IMG/VR virus record: IMGVR_UViG_3300032243_000596
Span: 10,265-74,264 of that record
Source of the DNA: a virus
Taxonomy: Duplodnaviria > Caudoviricetes
Length of the DNA stretch: 64,000 nucleotides
Strand: one strand, 5' to 3'
The position numbers and the translations under genes were made by a program. Positions 56,060-64,000 of the stretch are shown piece after piece (the stretch's first letter is position 1; the number at the start of each line of letters is the position of its first letter). Under the pieces are notes generated by a model that worked only from the letters and a program-made list of their open reading frames with translations, did no database searches and was not told the DNA's origin.

Positions 56060-56589
56060 TTTCCGGATACGCAGATGAAGGGCACAGATCTAATACATTT
56101 AATTTTAGATTGTATCATTTATCCCGACCACGTGTTCGAGATTGGCGCAGAATCAGACACGGTGGTGTGTATCGTTTAGATCCTGTAGACCGTTTGGTTA
56201 TGAATATGACCAACAAAATTGTTGCTGTTGATTGGGCTGGTTGGTGCTTAGAATCATTTAACGTTTCGACTCAATGTTTAGAAAGTAGTGATATATCTAA
56301 ATATTATTGGCCTGCGTGTTTTGTTGAACCTGACCTACTGGTACACCGGCCCACCTATACTAATAACGATCTAGTAGTTGTGAAAAAACCTTCTTTTTTA
56401 AGATACGCAACTTTAGATACATTAGTAGACTTCTTAGAGTTATGGTGTACTACTCAATTGGTAATTAGCTTGGACTGTAGACACATACAACACAATCATT
56501 TAAAGTTTAAACTACTGGATCTAGTTAAAGATAGAACAGATTTGACGATTCAAGAGGCATCAATTGACACGTGGGTGGTGTCTCGATGA
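56050..56589 (+). CDS. hypothetical protein
   Basis: Overlap-coupled; start placed at MQVVSG. Confidence 0.65.
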   Translation: MQVVSGYADEGHRSNTFNFRLYHLSRPRVRDWRRIRHGGVYRLDPVDRLVMNMTNKIVAVDWAGWCLESFNVSTQCLESSDISKYYWPACFVEPDLLVHRPTYTNNDLVVVKKPSFLRYATLDTLVDFLELWCTTQLVISLDCRHIQHNHLKFKLLDLVKDRTDLTIQEASIDTWVVSR

Positions 56590-57335
56590 GAACTGTGATA
56601 AGTTTCAACGAAGGTTGTTCTGGTAATTTTTTAGCAGCACTAGTAAGCAATTCAACAATCAACGAATACGTTAGAATAGATACCAATGATAATTTGTTAA
56701 AATATTCTATAGTACCTCAGCTGACTCATATACCCGGACGTCTACTCGATATTGTAGTAACACACAGCCACGATTACGATAAAATTGTTGATAAGTTGGC
56801 TGCAGACAGAGTTATTAGAATAGAAACCATCACTGGTATTTACAATGCAATCTATAACGTATTCATTAAAAAGCACATCGCTGAGGACAGGTCTCCTATA
56901 TTGACAATTTGGCCTGATCGACCTGCTTACTGTTATGATATGACCTTTGAGCATTTAAAAGACTATCACGCAAAATTTTCTAAGATCAAATATCATACAT
57001 CTGAAATTTTATTTGATTTTGGTTGGACACTAGATGTCGACAGTATTGTTGATTTTTTAGTGTCGCTGGGCATTCAACCCAATGTAGATTTAATAAAAAA
57101 ATATATCACACATCAACAATCAATATTATTGAATCACACGCTATCAACTATGACTGACATTGTAGATCAAATTCCGGACGATAATTTTACTGCTTCGCCC
57201 TGGTGGGCTTGTTACTGTATATTTCAATTTGAAAAGAATAATAATTTGCCGGAGTCCAGTAGAAAATGGACCATAGACTCGTTGCCAATTTTAAATAAAT
57301 CAAACTTAATCAATCTTTCTAAATTATATGACTAA
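56586..57335 (+). CDS. hypothetical protein, weak sulfotransferase-like N-terminal loop
   Basis: MRTVISFNEGCSGNFL; ATGA-coupled. Confidence 0.45.
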   Translation: MRTVISFNEGCSGNFLAALVSNSTINEYVRIDTNDNLLKYSIVPQLTHIPGRLLDIVVTHSHDYDKIVDKLAADRVIRIETITGIYNAIYNVFIKKHIAEDRSPILTIWPDRPAYCYDMTFEHLKDYHAKFSKIKYHTSEILFDFGWTLDVDSIVDFLVSLGIQPNVDLIKKYITHQQSILLNHTLSTMTDIVDQIPDDNFTASPWWACYCIFQFEKNNNLPESSRKWTIDSLPILNKSNLINLSKLYD

Positions 57336-58353
57336 AAAATGTGTGTTAATGAAACACGGCCTTAATATTGTTGGTAGTTCTGTTGGTACTTGTTGTTACA
57401 ATTCTTCAACCAGATTCGATCAGTATGAAATCGATCCGGTGGCTTGCCGCGCCTGCATAGATCAAGAAAATAACAGTATTAAATCTTACAGGATAGGGGC
57501 CAACGAAACATATGGAATTGAACAACCACACAATGGTATTTTGGTATTGGATGTTACTCCTAATTTAAATTGCAACTTGACCTGTAAAATTTGTAACGAA
57601 CATAGCAGTAGTAGTTGGGCCAAACTAAAACAAATTCCTATAGAAAAAAATTATAATACACCCCCACAAGATTTGTTTAACAAACTTAAAGAGTATAATC
57701 TATCTCATCTCAAAGAAATCAATATGTCTGGGGGTGAACCATTTTTAAATAATAATCTAGTAAAATATATTTCTAAATTAAGTGAACTAGTTGATTTTTC
57801 AAAGGTTAATTTAAGATTTAGCAATAACGGCACAATAAAACTTAACAGTAAAGTAATTAATTTTATATCGCAATTTAAACTGGTACAGGCCAGATTTAGT
57901 TTAGATGACGTATATGCAGGACACCACTATCACAGATATCCTCATCGATGGGAAGATTGGATCATAAACTGGGAAACGTTTTTAGAAAAAATGCCAGTTA
58001 ATACATTACCCAGTATTAATCGAACTGTCAGCATACTCAATATTAACAGACTAGATGAACTAACAAATTGGCACAAACAATATCAACATACTAGATTAGG
58101 TGATACTGTAGAACTGATAAATCACTTTGCATTTGGGCCACTAAATATTTTTCAAATGACTCAAGATATTAAAGATCATATTTTAAATACCGTCGGCGCT
58201 AAAAGTCTAGCGTGGCAGTATATTAAAAACGTGCCAGCAGTTAAAGATATCACGCAGTGCCTTGATCATATCACATATTTGGACAAACTGCATAACCAGT
58301 CTTTTAAAGATTATGATCCAGTTATGTATTCGGTGTTATTTAAACACTACTAG
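57328..58353 (+). CDS. radical SAM protein
   Basis: CNLTCKIC, MSGGEPF; N-terminal CVLM...TCC...CRAC. Confidence 0.85.
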   Translation: MTKKCVLMKHGLNIVGSSVGTCCYNSSTRFDQYEIDPVACRACIDQENNSIKSYRIGANETYGIEQPHNGILVLDVTPNLNCNLTCKICNEHSSSSWAKLKQIPIEKNYNTPPQDLFNKLKEYNLSHLKEINMSGGEPFLNNNLVKYISKLSELVDFSKVNLRFSNNGTIKLNSKVINFISQFKLVQARFSLDDVYAGHHYHRYPHRWEDWIINWETFLEKMPVNTLPSINRTVSILNINRLDELTNWHKQYQHTRLGDTVELINHFAFGPLNIFQMTQDIKDHILNTVGAKSLAWQYIKNVPAVKDITQCLDHITYLDKLHNQSFKDYDPVMYSVLFKHY

Positions 58354-59794
58354 CACTACTAGATTTTATCCCCGCCAACATTTGTTTAAGTTTAGTGCTT
58401 TGTGCTTCACCGTCGTTGCCTGCGCCACCCGAAGATTTTTCCCAAGCAGCTGTTCCTGTGGCACGTTCAAATTTGGCAGGTCCTTCACCTTCTACAGTGC
58501 TCTTGGCCTTGATACTGCTCATTACACTATTGACCTGTGGTCTTAGTGTGCCCGGAGTTCCTTGTGCATCTTCACCTGGGTCAGTGATACGCATAGTTTC
58601 AATGTCATAGTCCAGATCCACTTTCTTACCTGTACCTGCACCACTACGATTTTTCATACATTGTAGTTGATAGCGTCCACGTTCTTTCATAGCACGGCTT
58701 GTAAAGATACCAAACACATTATCTGCTGTGTTGATCTTACTGATACCGCCCGAGATATGACTGTGGTCAAATTCAACTTCTTCCACCGCACTGCGATTCA
58801 ACTGACTGGCTGTAACAAACAATATGTCTAGTTCTTCCGACAGGTTACGTAACTCTTCACTCACGTACTTGTCTTTGACAAATAAATCGTTGGCGCTGAC
58901 CTTGGCGCTGACTGGCATCAACAGGTCCAAATAGTCAACCATCATAAAGTCTACCTTCATACCTGTTTGTATTTGCATTTCATTGATATAACTGCGAATG
59001 TCGTTCACGTTGCTCTGTGCAGGCAATGCCTTAATACGATATTTGCCCATTTTCTTTTTGGCAAAGCTCAGTTTCAATACTGCGTCATCTAGATTCCTGC
59101 GAATGTCTTTGGTGCCCATATTGGCAATCATAGCATCAGTACGCAAACTGCTCAAATCTTCGCTCAGTTCCAAACTGATGTAAACACCATTGAGTCCCGT
59201 AGTCAACCAGTTGATGGCAATGTTCATCATAAACAAACTTTTGCCCGAACCGGATCCACCAGCAAAGATATTCAATTCACCTTTGCTAAAGCCCCCGTAC
59301 AGCAGTGCATCCAAACTGGGCCATCCTGTGCTGACTTTGTAGCCATTGTTAAAGTAACGTTCTAAACGTGCCTTGGGATCTTCAAAGTAGTCTGTGCCCA
59401 TATCCTTGGTCAGACTGATTTCCACCGCGGCCTTCATAATCTTTAGGATGCCTTCGTTTTGTCCTTTTTCCAATAAATCAGCACAGGCCAGGACTGCTCG
59501 CTCGCCTTCTTTCTGTTTGGTAAATCCTTCAAACTCGGTCAAGAACCAATCCTTGTGTGCTTCCAATTCAGGTGACGTTTTTAATTCTACACCTGTCGTG
59601 GCTTTAATTTGCTCGATGGTGGGTAAGTTTTTATACTCGACGCTGTAGTCTTTAAGAAACTTGGCAGTTTCCCTGAGACTGCGATCAAAGTTTTCCGGAT
59701 TATAGATGTTCTGCACCCTAATAAAACTTTGTCGGTCTTGCAACATCATTTCTAAAAATAACTTTTGTAAATCTTGTGAATATTCTTTGCTCAT
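58340..59794 (-). CDS. replicative helicase (DnaB / T4 gp41-like)
   Basis: STGWPSLD, AGGSGSGKS (Walker A), ISLELS, MVDYLD, TASQLNR, MKNRSG. Confidence 0.93.
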   Translation of the reverse strand: MSKEYSQDLQKLFLEMMLQDRQSFIRVQNIYNPENFDRSLRETAKFLKDYSVEYKNLPTIEQIKATTGVELKTSPELEAHKDWFLTEFEGFTKQKEGERAVLACADLLEKGQNEGILKIMKAAVEISLTKDMGTDYFEDPKARLERYFNNGYKVSTGWPSLDALLYGGFSKGELNIFAGGSGSGKSLFMMNIAINWLTTGLNGVYISLELSEDLSSLRTDAMIANMGTKDIRRNLDDAVLKLSFAKKKMGKYRIKALPAQSNVNDIRSYINEMQIQTGMKVDFMMVDYLDLLMPVSAKVSANDLFVKDKYVSEELRNLSEELDILFVTASQLNRSAVEEVEFDHSHISGGISKINTADNVFGIFTSRAMKERGRYQLQCMKNRSGAGTGKKVDLDYDIETMRITDPGEDAQGTPGTLRPQVNSVMSSIKAKSTVEGEGPAKFERATGTAAWEKSSGGAGNDGEAQSTKLKQMLAGIKSSSASSV

Positions 59795-60678
59795 ATTTTA
59801 GGACAATTAAAAGTACAATAATTTGGTTTGATTTCCGTTAGAGTATTAAAAAACTCTTGCTCTTGCGCCAGTACCTGCGAAATAGTAGTTTTACTTATAT
59901 CGTAGTCTTGTTTATCTTTATAAAACTTGGTCTTATAGTAGAACCGCCAATCGTGTACATAACAACAGGGCATATAGTATCCCTCGGCAGAAATATAATG
60001 TTGATCATTTTTACCGCATTGTGGATCTATCTCTGGAGACTTATTGTTGTGCCATTGAATTATGCCGGGTGTTCTGCGACCTTGAAAATCCTTGGGTCTT
60101 AGATAGTCATTCTCCTCCCACCGATCACTTGGCAGCACAACAAATTCGTCTATGCCCAACGATTCACTTAGACTACGGGTTTGATCTATAGTATCTTCAT
60201 TAAATGAAAAAGGAATATATTTCCATCTGGTGGTGACTGAACTGGCCGCACACACTCGTATACCTATTTCAATTGACGCCCAGTCTGCATTTACCCTATA
60301 GTTGGTAAAATTTTCAGGAGAACCATCAATACTAAACACAACCTTATCGGAACTGGTCAGTAGTTCGGTTAATTTATGCCACCACTCCTTTGTGCGACGA
60401 CTGCCATTGGTGACCAGTCTAACGTTTGCACCTTGTTGCTTAGACCACGCAATTAGATCAAATAAATCATTATAGTATATGGGATCTCCATATGTACCAC
60501 ATAATAAAAGCTCAACACCAGTTAAATCTATATCTAAAAATTGTTTTAAGTGTTCTAAATTTAGATCTTTGTTAGTCCATTTTTCGATGCCAAATTTATC
60601 AATCATTGTAGTACGGCTACATCTAGGACACTTGAGTATACACTTGTTGGTCGGTTCCAAGTGAATGCCTTTTATCAT
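59791..60678 (-). CDS. radical SAM protein with C-terminal SPASM/twitch-like Cys
   Basis: CILKCPRC, GDPIYY, TNGS; PQC...YYMPCC...CTFNC. Confidence 0.85.
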   Translation of the reverse strand: MIKGIHLEPTNKCILKCPRCSRTTMIDKFGIEKWTNKDLNLEHLKQFLDIDLTGVELLLCGTYGDPIYYNDLFDLIAWSKQQGANVRLVTNGSRRTKEWWHKLTELLTSSDKVVFSIDGSPENFTNYRVNADWASIEIGIRVCAASSVTTRWKYIPFSFNEDTIDQTRSLSESLGIDEFVVLPSDRWEENDYLRPKDFQGRRTPGIIQWHNNKSPEIDPQCGKNDQHYISAEGYYMPCCYVHDWRFYYKTKFYKDKQDYDISKTTISQVLAQEQEFFNTLTEIKPNYCTFNCPKI

Positions 60679-61721
60679 ATCTTGCCTGCTATCAATTTAA
60701 TTTTTAAGGAGTTGCTTTCTTTGGCCGCCAGGATTGCTTTTAAGACAAACAATTTGCCATATTTTTCCACAGCCTTGCTCACATCCTTACACTCTTCGTG
60801 CCACACGGGAAAGCTGACACTCCACCCGTATTCCACAGCCTGTTCCACAGCACGTAGTCCGGGCCACACAGTACGGCCTTGTTTGCTGGTGTGTCGATCA
60901 AAGTCCGGCACGTAGATAACTTCTCTACCCAAGGCTTCAATTAGTTCTGCCTGTTGCTCACTGATCTCATTGGTCTGCACACTGACACCATCAATGGCCA
61001 TAGCATCAAACGGTCCTTCCGTCACTATGACAAACTTGCTGTCGGCCTGTTGATTATTTAAGTTAAACACAAAGTTGGCCGGATGATTGCTGTGATACTT
61101 GGGTTTGATACCGTCATTGAACGCACGGGCAGTATAGCCCACAATGTTGCCTTGATAGATAAAAGGTATAACGACTCTATGACTTAGTTTGTTTTCAACT
61201 TCAGGAGTCCAATAAAAATCATACTTGACTGCGTTTATTCGTCTGTTGGTAACATAATTGACTGCTTCCACAAACAGCATAGGCATATGGCCTTCGCCCA
61301 ATTTATAAAATTCTGCCAAAGCCCAGAAACTTTGTGCTTCCGCGGGCAGGGCTCGCTGTTCAAAAGTAATTTCTTCTTCAGGCGCTTTGATGTCTTCGGG
61401 CTTGATTAAATCTTTGACACGCAGGGCTTCGATTACCAGTCTTTTGACTTCGTTGGCATCTGCACCCAACCAATGCAATAACTTACGAAATTTAAAACTA
61501 AGTGGACGACCAATTTGATAGCTGGTCTTGAATCCGCAATTAAAACAGTGATAACTGACCCCGCCGTCTGCATTAGTCATAACGCCACCCCGGCCACGAG
61601 TATCCTGTGTGTCCCCATTGTGAGCACAACAGACCGCATTGAAACTTAACCAACCACTTTGGCTACGTCGCTTTTTAGGTGGTAATAGACTGACTGTGTA
61701 GTCTTGTACAGCATTAAACAT
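60675..61721 (-). CDS. DNA primase (T4 gp61-like)
   Basis: Zn finger VCCAH...HCFNC; TOPRIM VTEGPFDAM, PDFD, KDVS; start placed at MFNAVQ. Confidence 0.88.
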   Translation of the reverse strand: MFNAVQDYTVSLLPPKKRRSQSGWLSFNAVCCAHNGDTQDTRGRGGVMTNADGGVSYHCFNCGFKTSYQIGRPLSFKFRKLLHWLGADANEVKRLVIEALRVKDLIKPEDIKAPEEEITFEQRALPAEAQSFWALAEFYKLGEGHMPMLFVEAVNYVTNRRINAVKYDFYWTPEVENKLSHRVVIPFIYQGNIVGYTARAFNDGIKPKYHSNHPANFVFNLNNQQADSKFVIVTEGPFDAMAIDGVSVQTNEISEQQAELIEALGREVIYVPDFDRHTSKQGRTVWPGLRAVEQAVEYGWSVSFPVWHEECKDVSKAVEKYGKLFVLKAILAAKESNSLKIKLIAGKI

Positions 61722-61727
61722 TGTGTT

Positions 61728-61756
61728 AGTATACACTCAAGTTTGATAAAAATCAA
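61728..61756 (-). promoter_or_regulatory. sigma70-type promoter, predicted leaderless
   Basis: TTGATT-17-TATACT; ATG 7 nt from the -10 box; no SD. Confidence 0.6.
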
Positions 61757-61769
61757 ACGGTTAGGCGAT

Positions 61770-62510
61770 TTACTTTTTAATTGATCGAATGAAGATGCCC
61801 GGAGGATCGATTTCCCACCACTTGACTCTAAAGTTCCAATGATTTGGATTGTTGTGGTGATTGTTGTGCAGGCCTTCGCCCACGGTCAAAATGTTACAAA
61901 CGGTGCTGTTCTTACTGCCGTCAGGTCTGGGAAAGTTTTGATAACCATAACGGTTGTGTCCAAAAAAGTGTAGGGCACCGCCGGCAAATGGGTTGATACA
62001 CAAACAGGCTGGAATCGAAAATATAAAAATAGTTAATAAGGGATTGATCAGAGCCAGCAGTACCATATAAGCCACCATAATATGGATATAGTATTTTTGC
62101 ACAAACAATTGGTCCGGATTCTTCATTAGGTCCCGGGCCCATTTGGTTATTTGTTCTGATGTAGCGGGGGTAAAATCTAAATAGGTCTTGCCTTCGTAGA
62201 GTTCATAGCCTGTGCTGTGATGATCTCTGTGACGGGCGCTGTAGGTTATGGGCGTTGAGTAGCAGGCATTGATCACAAAGAATGTGATTACTCGTTCCCA
62301 GAACTTGGTAGTTTTATAACTTCGGTGGCTAAAATATCTGTGCAGTCCTGCGTTAACTCCAATGATGCGTACCAGGCAGAACCAAACTAAACTTATGCCC
62401 AGCCAGTAATAGTCTTGAGTAGATATGACATAGCCAATGCCGCCAGCAAATAATATGTGGTTCATTACCAGGAGGCTGAGATAAGCTCTAAGGCGTGAGA
62501 TTTTAAACAT
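61770..62510 (-). CDS. fatty acid desaturase 2
   Basis: His boxes HRYFSH, HRDHH, HNNHH; TAAATA 6 nt before the ATG. Confidence 0.85.
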   Translation of the reverse strand: MFKISRLRAYLSLLVMNHILFAGGIGYVISTQDYYWLGISLVWFCLVRIIGVNAGLHRYFSHRSYKTTKFWERVITFFVINACYSTPITYSARHRDHHSTGYELYEGKTYLDFTPATSEQITKWARDLMKNPDQLFVQKYYIHIMVAYMVLLALINPLLTIFIFSIPACLCINPFAGGALHFFGHNRYGYQNFPRPDGSKNSTVCNILTVGEGLHNNHHNNPNHWNFRVKWWEIDPPGIFIRSIKK

Positions 62511-62624
62511 CGTAAGTATTTAACTGAACAATAATGGCACCTAAAGTTTAATCAAACTTCTTCCAAATAGTAGCCGCAGCCGGGACATACTTGTCTTTGT
62601 AGGTTTTCCACAGTGGGGTAAATT

Positions 62625-62762
62625 TTACAACCGCTGAATCTGGTTTTCCACCTGGTGCAGATGGCCAGATGCTGTGATATCTGCGTGTTGTGTTGGGTTT
62701 GCTGTGCCACCCATTGCAGCTAACATATTGGCTGCGGCCTGGATAAATTCGTGTGATTTCAT
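62625..62762 (-). CDS. 45-aa protein (MKSHEF N-terminus)
   Basis: MKSHEFIQAAANMLAAMGGTANPTQHADITASGHLHQVENQIQRL*; starts 4 nt after the upstream stop; not in the ORF track. Confidence 0.45.
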   Translation of the reverse strand: MKSHEFIQAAANMLAAMGGTANPTQHADITASGHLHQVENQIQRL

Positions 62763-62766
62763 AGTA

Positions 62767-63285
62767 TTATGCCGTTGTAGGTCCTGTTACGGAGAATGTA
62801 ATTGTAGCAGTTACGTTGCTTGTTGCAGTTGTGCTCAATGTTACGTTGCCGCTTAGGAAACTGCTTACTGTTATGCCAGCTGGTAAGCCTCCACCTGTTG
62901 CAAACAAACCTGCTGCCAAATTCAATCCTGCTGTAGATCCTGTAATTACGTTGCTGCCGTTTACCATAGTAAACACACCTTTGCTTACATAGTTCTGATT
63001 CACAGATGACTGATAAACTGTACCGCACTCTGTTACGCTGATTGCTGTACTAGCGCCGCCAACAGGCAATACACTTAACTGCTTGCCAATACCGCCCATA
63101 TTGATATAAGTTGGGAAATTTGCCGGGATAACAGGGCCAGCGTTGGCTGTCAGTGTTGCCGGTGCGTTGATAGCATAAACGCAGGCTGTATTTGCTAAAA
63201 CTTTAACTTTTGTACTGTTAATAGAGTTACCGTTACCTGCTGCTACGTTTACGGCTGTTGTTGTTACTACTGTATATGTTGCCAT
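62767..63285 (-). CDS. probable virion structural protein
   Basis: Thr/Ala/Asn/Gly-rich beta-type sequence; TAAATA and AGGA upstream. Confidence 0.55.
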   Translation of the reverse strand: MATYTVVTTTAVNVAAGNGNSINSTKVKVLANTACVYAINAPATLTANAGPVIPANFPTYINMGGIGKQLSVLPVGGASTAISVTECGTVYQSSVNQNYVSKGVFTMVNGSNVITGSTAGLNLAAGLFATGGGLPAGITVSSFLSGNVTLSTTATSNVTATITFSVTGPTTA

Positions 63286-63363
63286 ATTAAAAATCCTGTA
63301 TATCTGTTATTTAGCTCGTTTATGTTAATCCAAATTCCTACTGTCATACCCTGTATTGTGTTC

Positions 63364-63993
63364 TTAGCCCAGTGTGACATAGCCCCAGGAAATTGTTTGG
63401 CTAGACCCACTGCTGTTGTTGATGCCAAAATCAAATCTATTGGTAGTTGCACTGGGTGCTGTACTGCTACGAACTATGGTGTTGGCAGTGCCCGTAAACT
63501 GATTAGGTATGCTGGTAAAGTCAATGGGCGATCCGCCACCCGTGTAGACCCAGGCATACTGAGCACCCACCACAGGCACATTGGTATTGGTCACTACCGC
63601 GGTAGCAAGGTATACTAGAATACCGTTGGGAATATTGCCTCTGACCCATATTTGATATGTGCCACTGGCAGGAACCGTGATGCTGTAGGTGTTTGTACCA
63701 GTGGTCACTGTCCACGAGCCTGTGGTCTTACTGGTTAGGTTAGTGCCAGTGATGTTGCCAGTAACAGTGACATCCCCTGATACCGTTACGGCTCTTGTGA
63801 CTGCCAAGTTGCCACCAACTGCGACATTACCAGTTGTAGAGATTGTGTCAAGAGCGTTGAGGGCAAAGGCTTGGTTAATCTGTGTAACTGTAGCCCAACT
63901 GTAGTTGGCTATCACACTTGCGTATTGACCATTAACATTTCGTAACGCAATAGTTTGATTGGTATTTGGTGTATATACTATTGATAATGGCAC
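63364..63993 (-). CDS. tail-fibre-like protein
   Basis: TTGNVAVGGNLAVTRAVTVSGDVTVTGNITG repeats. Confidence 0.55.
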   Translation of the reverse strand: MPLSIVYTPNTNQTIALRNVNGQYASVIANYSWATVTQINQAFALNALDTISTTGNVAVGGNLAVTRAVTVSGDVTVTGNITGTNLTSKTTGSWTVTTGTNTYSITVPASGTYQIWVRGNIPNGILVYLATAVVTNTNVPVVGAQYAWVYTGGGSPIDFTSIPNQFTGTANTIVRSSTAPSATTNRFDFGINNSSGSSQTISWGYVTLG

Positions 63994-64000
63994 TGAACTA

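Noticed and set aside
62548-62762. Possible frameshift extending the 45-aa MKSHEF ORF into an overlapping open frame (…PSAPGGKPDSAVVKF…KKFD*)
   Set aside because: No convincing slippery site or stimulatory structure seen; cannot be supported without homologs.
5169-63904. Many 60-170 aa ORFs antisense to or nested in long genes (for example 10974, 29246, 45636, 50307)
   Set aside because: They are shadows of real genes, with no RBS, promoter or recognisable motif.
1-64000. Stop-codon reassignment as seen in some jumbo phages
   Set aside because: Conserved genes (nrdA, nrdB, helicase, clpP) are full length in code 11, and TAA, TAG and TGA all end genes at tight junctions.
1-64000. Reverse transcriptase, diversity-generating retroelement, integrase or transposase
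   Set aside because: No RT (YxDD), recombinase or DDE motifs and no template/variable repeat pair were seen.

Overview
The window looks like a 64 kb segment of a large lytic tailed-phage genome (T4-like or jumbo myovirus style), probably infecting a Proteobacterium. This is inferred from the gene content and regulatory signals. Genes are dense, almost all on the minus strand, and read cleanly in the standard code. Replication and nucleotide genes: gp41-like helicase, gp61-like primase, class Ia RNR (nrdA, nrdB), glutaredoxin, and several nucleases. Virion-type genes: a PAAR spike, a SleB-like wall hydrolase and probable structural proteins. Host-like accessory genes: ClpP, ClpS, Hsp20, ribosomal protein bS21, IscU, IscA, UvsE, two fatty-acid desaturases, three radical SAM enzymes, an amidinotransferase, a nucleotide-sugar dehydrogenase and several glycosyltransferase-like paralogs. 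The best signals are not in the ORF track. (1) A complete circularly permuted two-piece tmRNA gene at about 360-640 (G3:U70 acceptor stem, encoded CCA, tag ANDSQFALAA), in the same genome as ClpP, ClpS, Hsp20 and bS21. (2) Arrays of GTAnTAC heptads, mostly at 11-bp spacing, directly upstream of the -35 box of several sigma70-type promoters. (3) Several promoters whose predicted +1 falls on the ATG (leaderless mRNAs). (4) An N-terminal M-[KRN]-x-x-E-[FVIL] motif shared by eight unrelated proteins. All family assignments come from reading motifs by eye; no database search was run.
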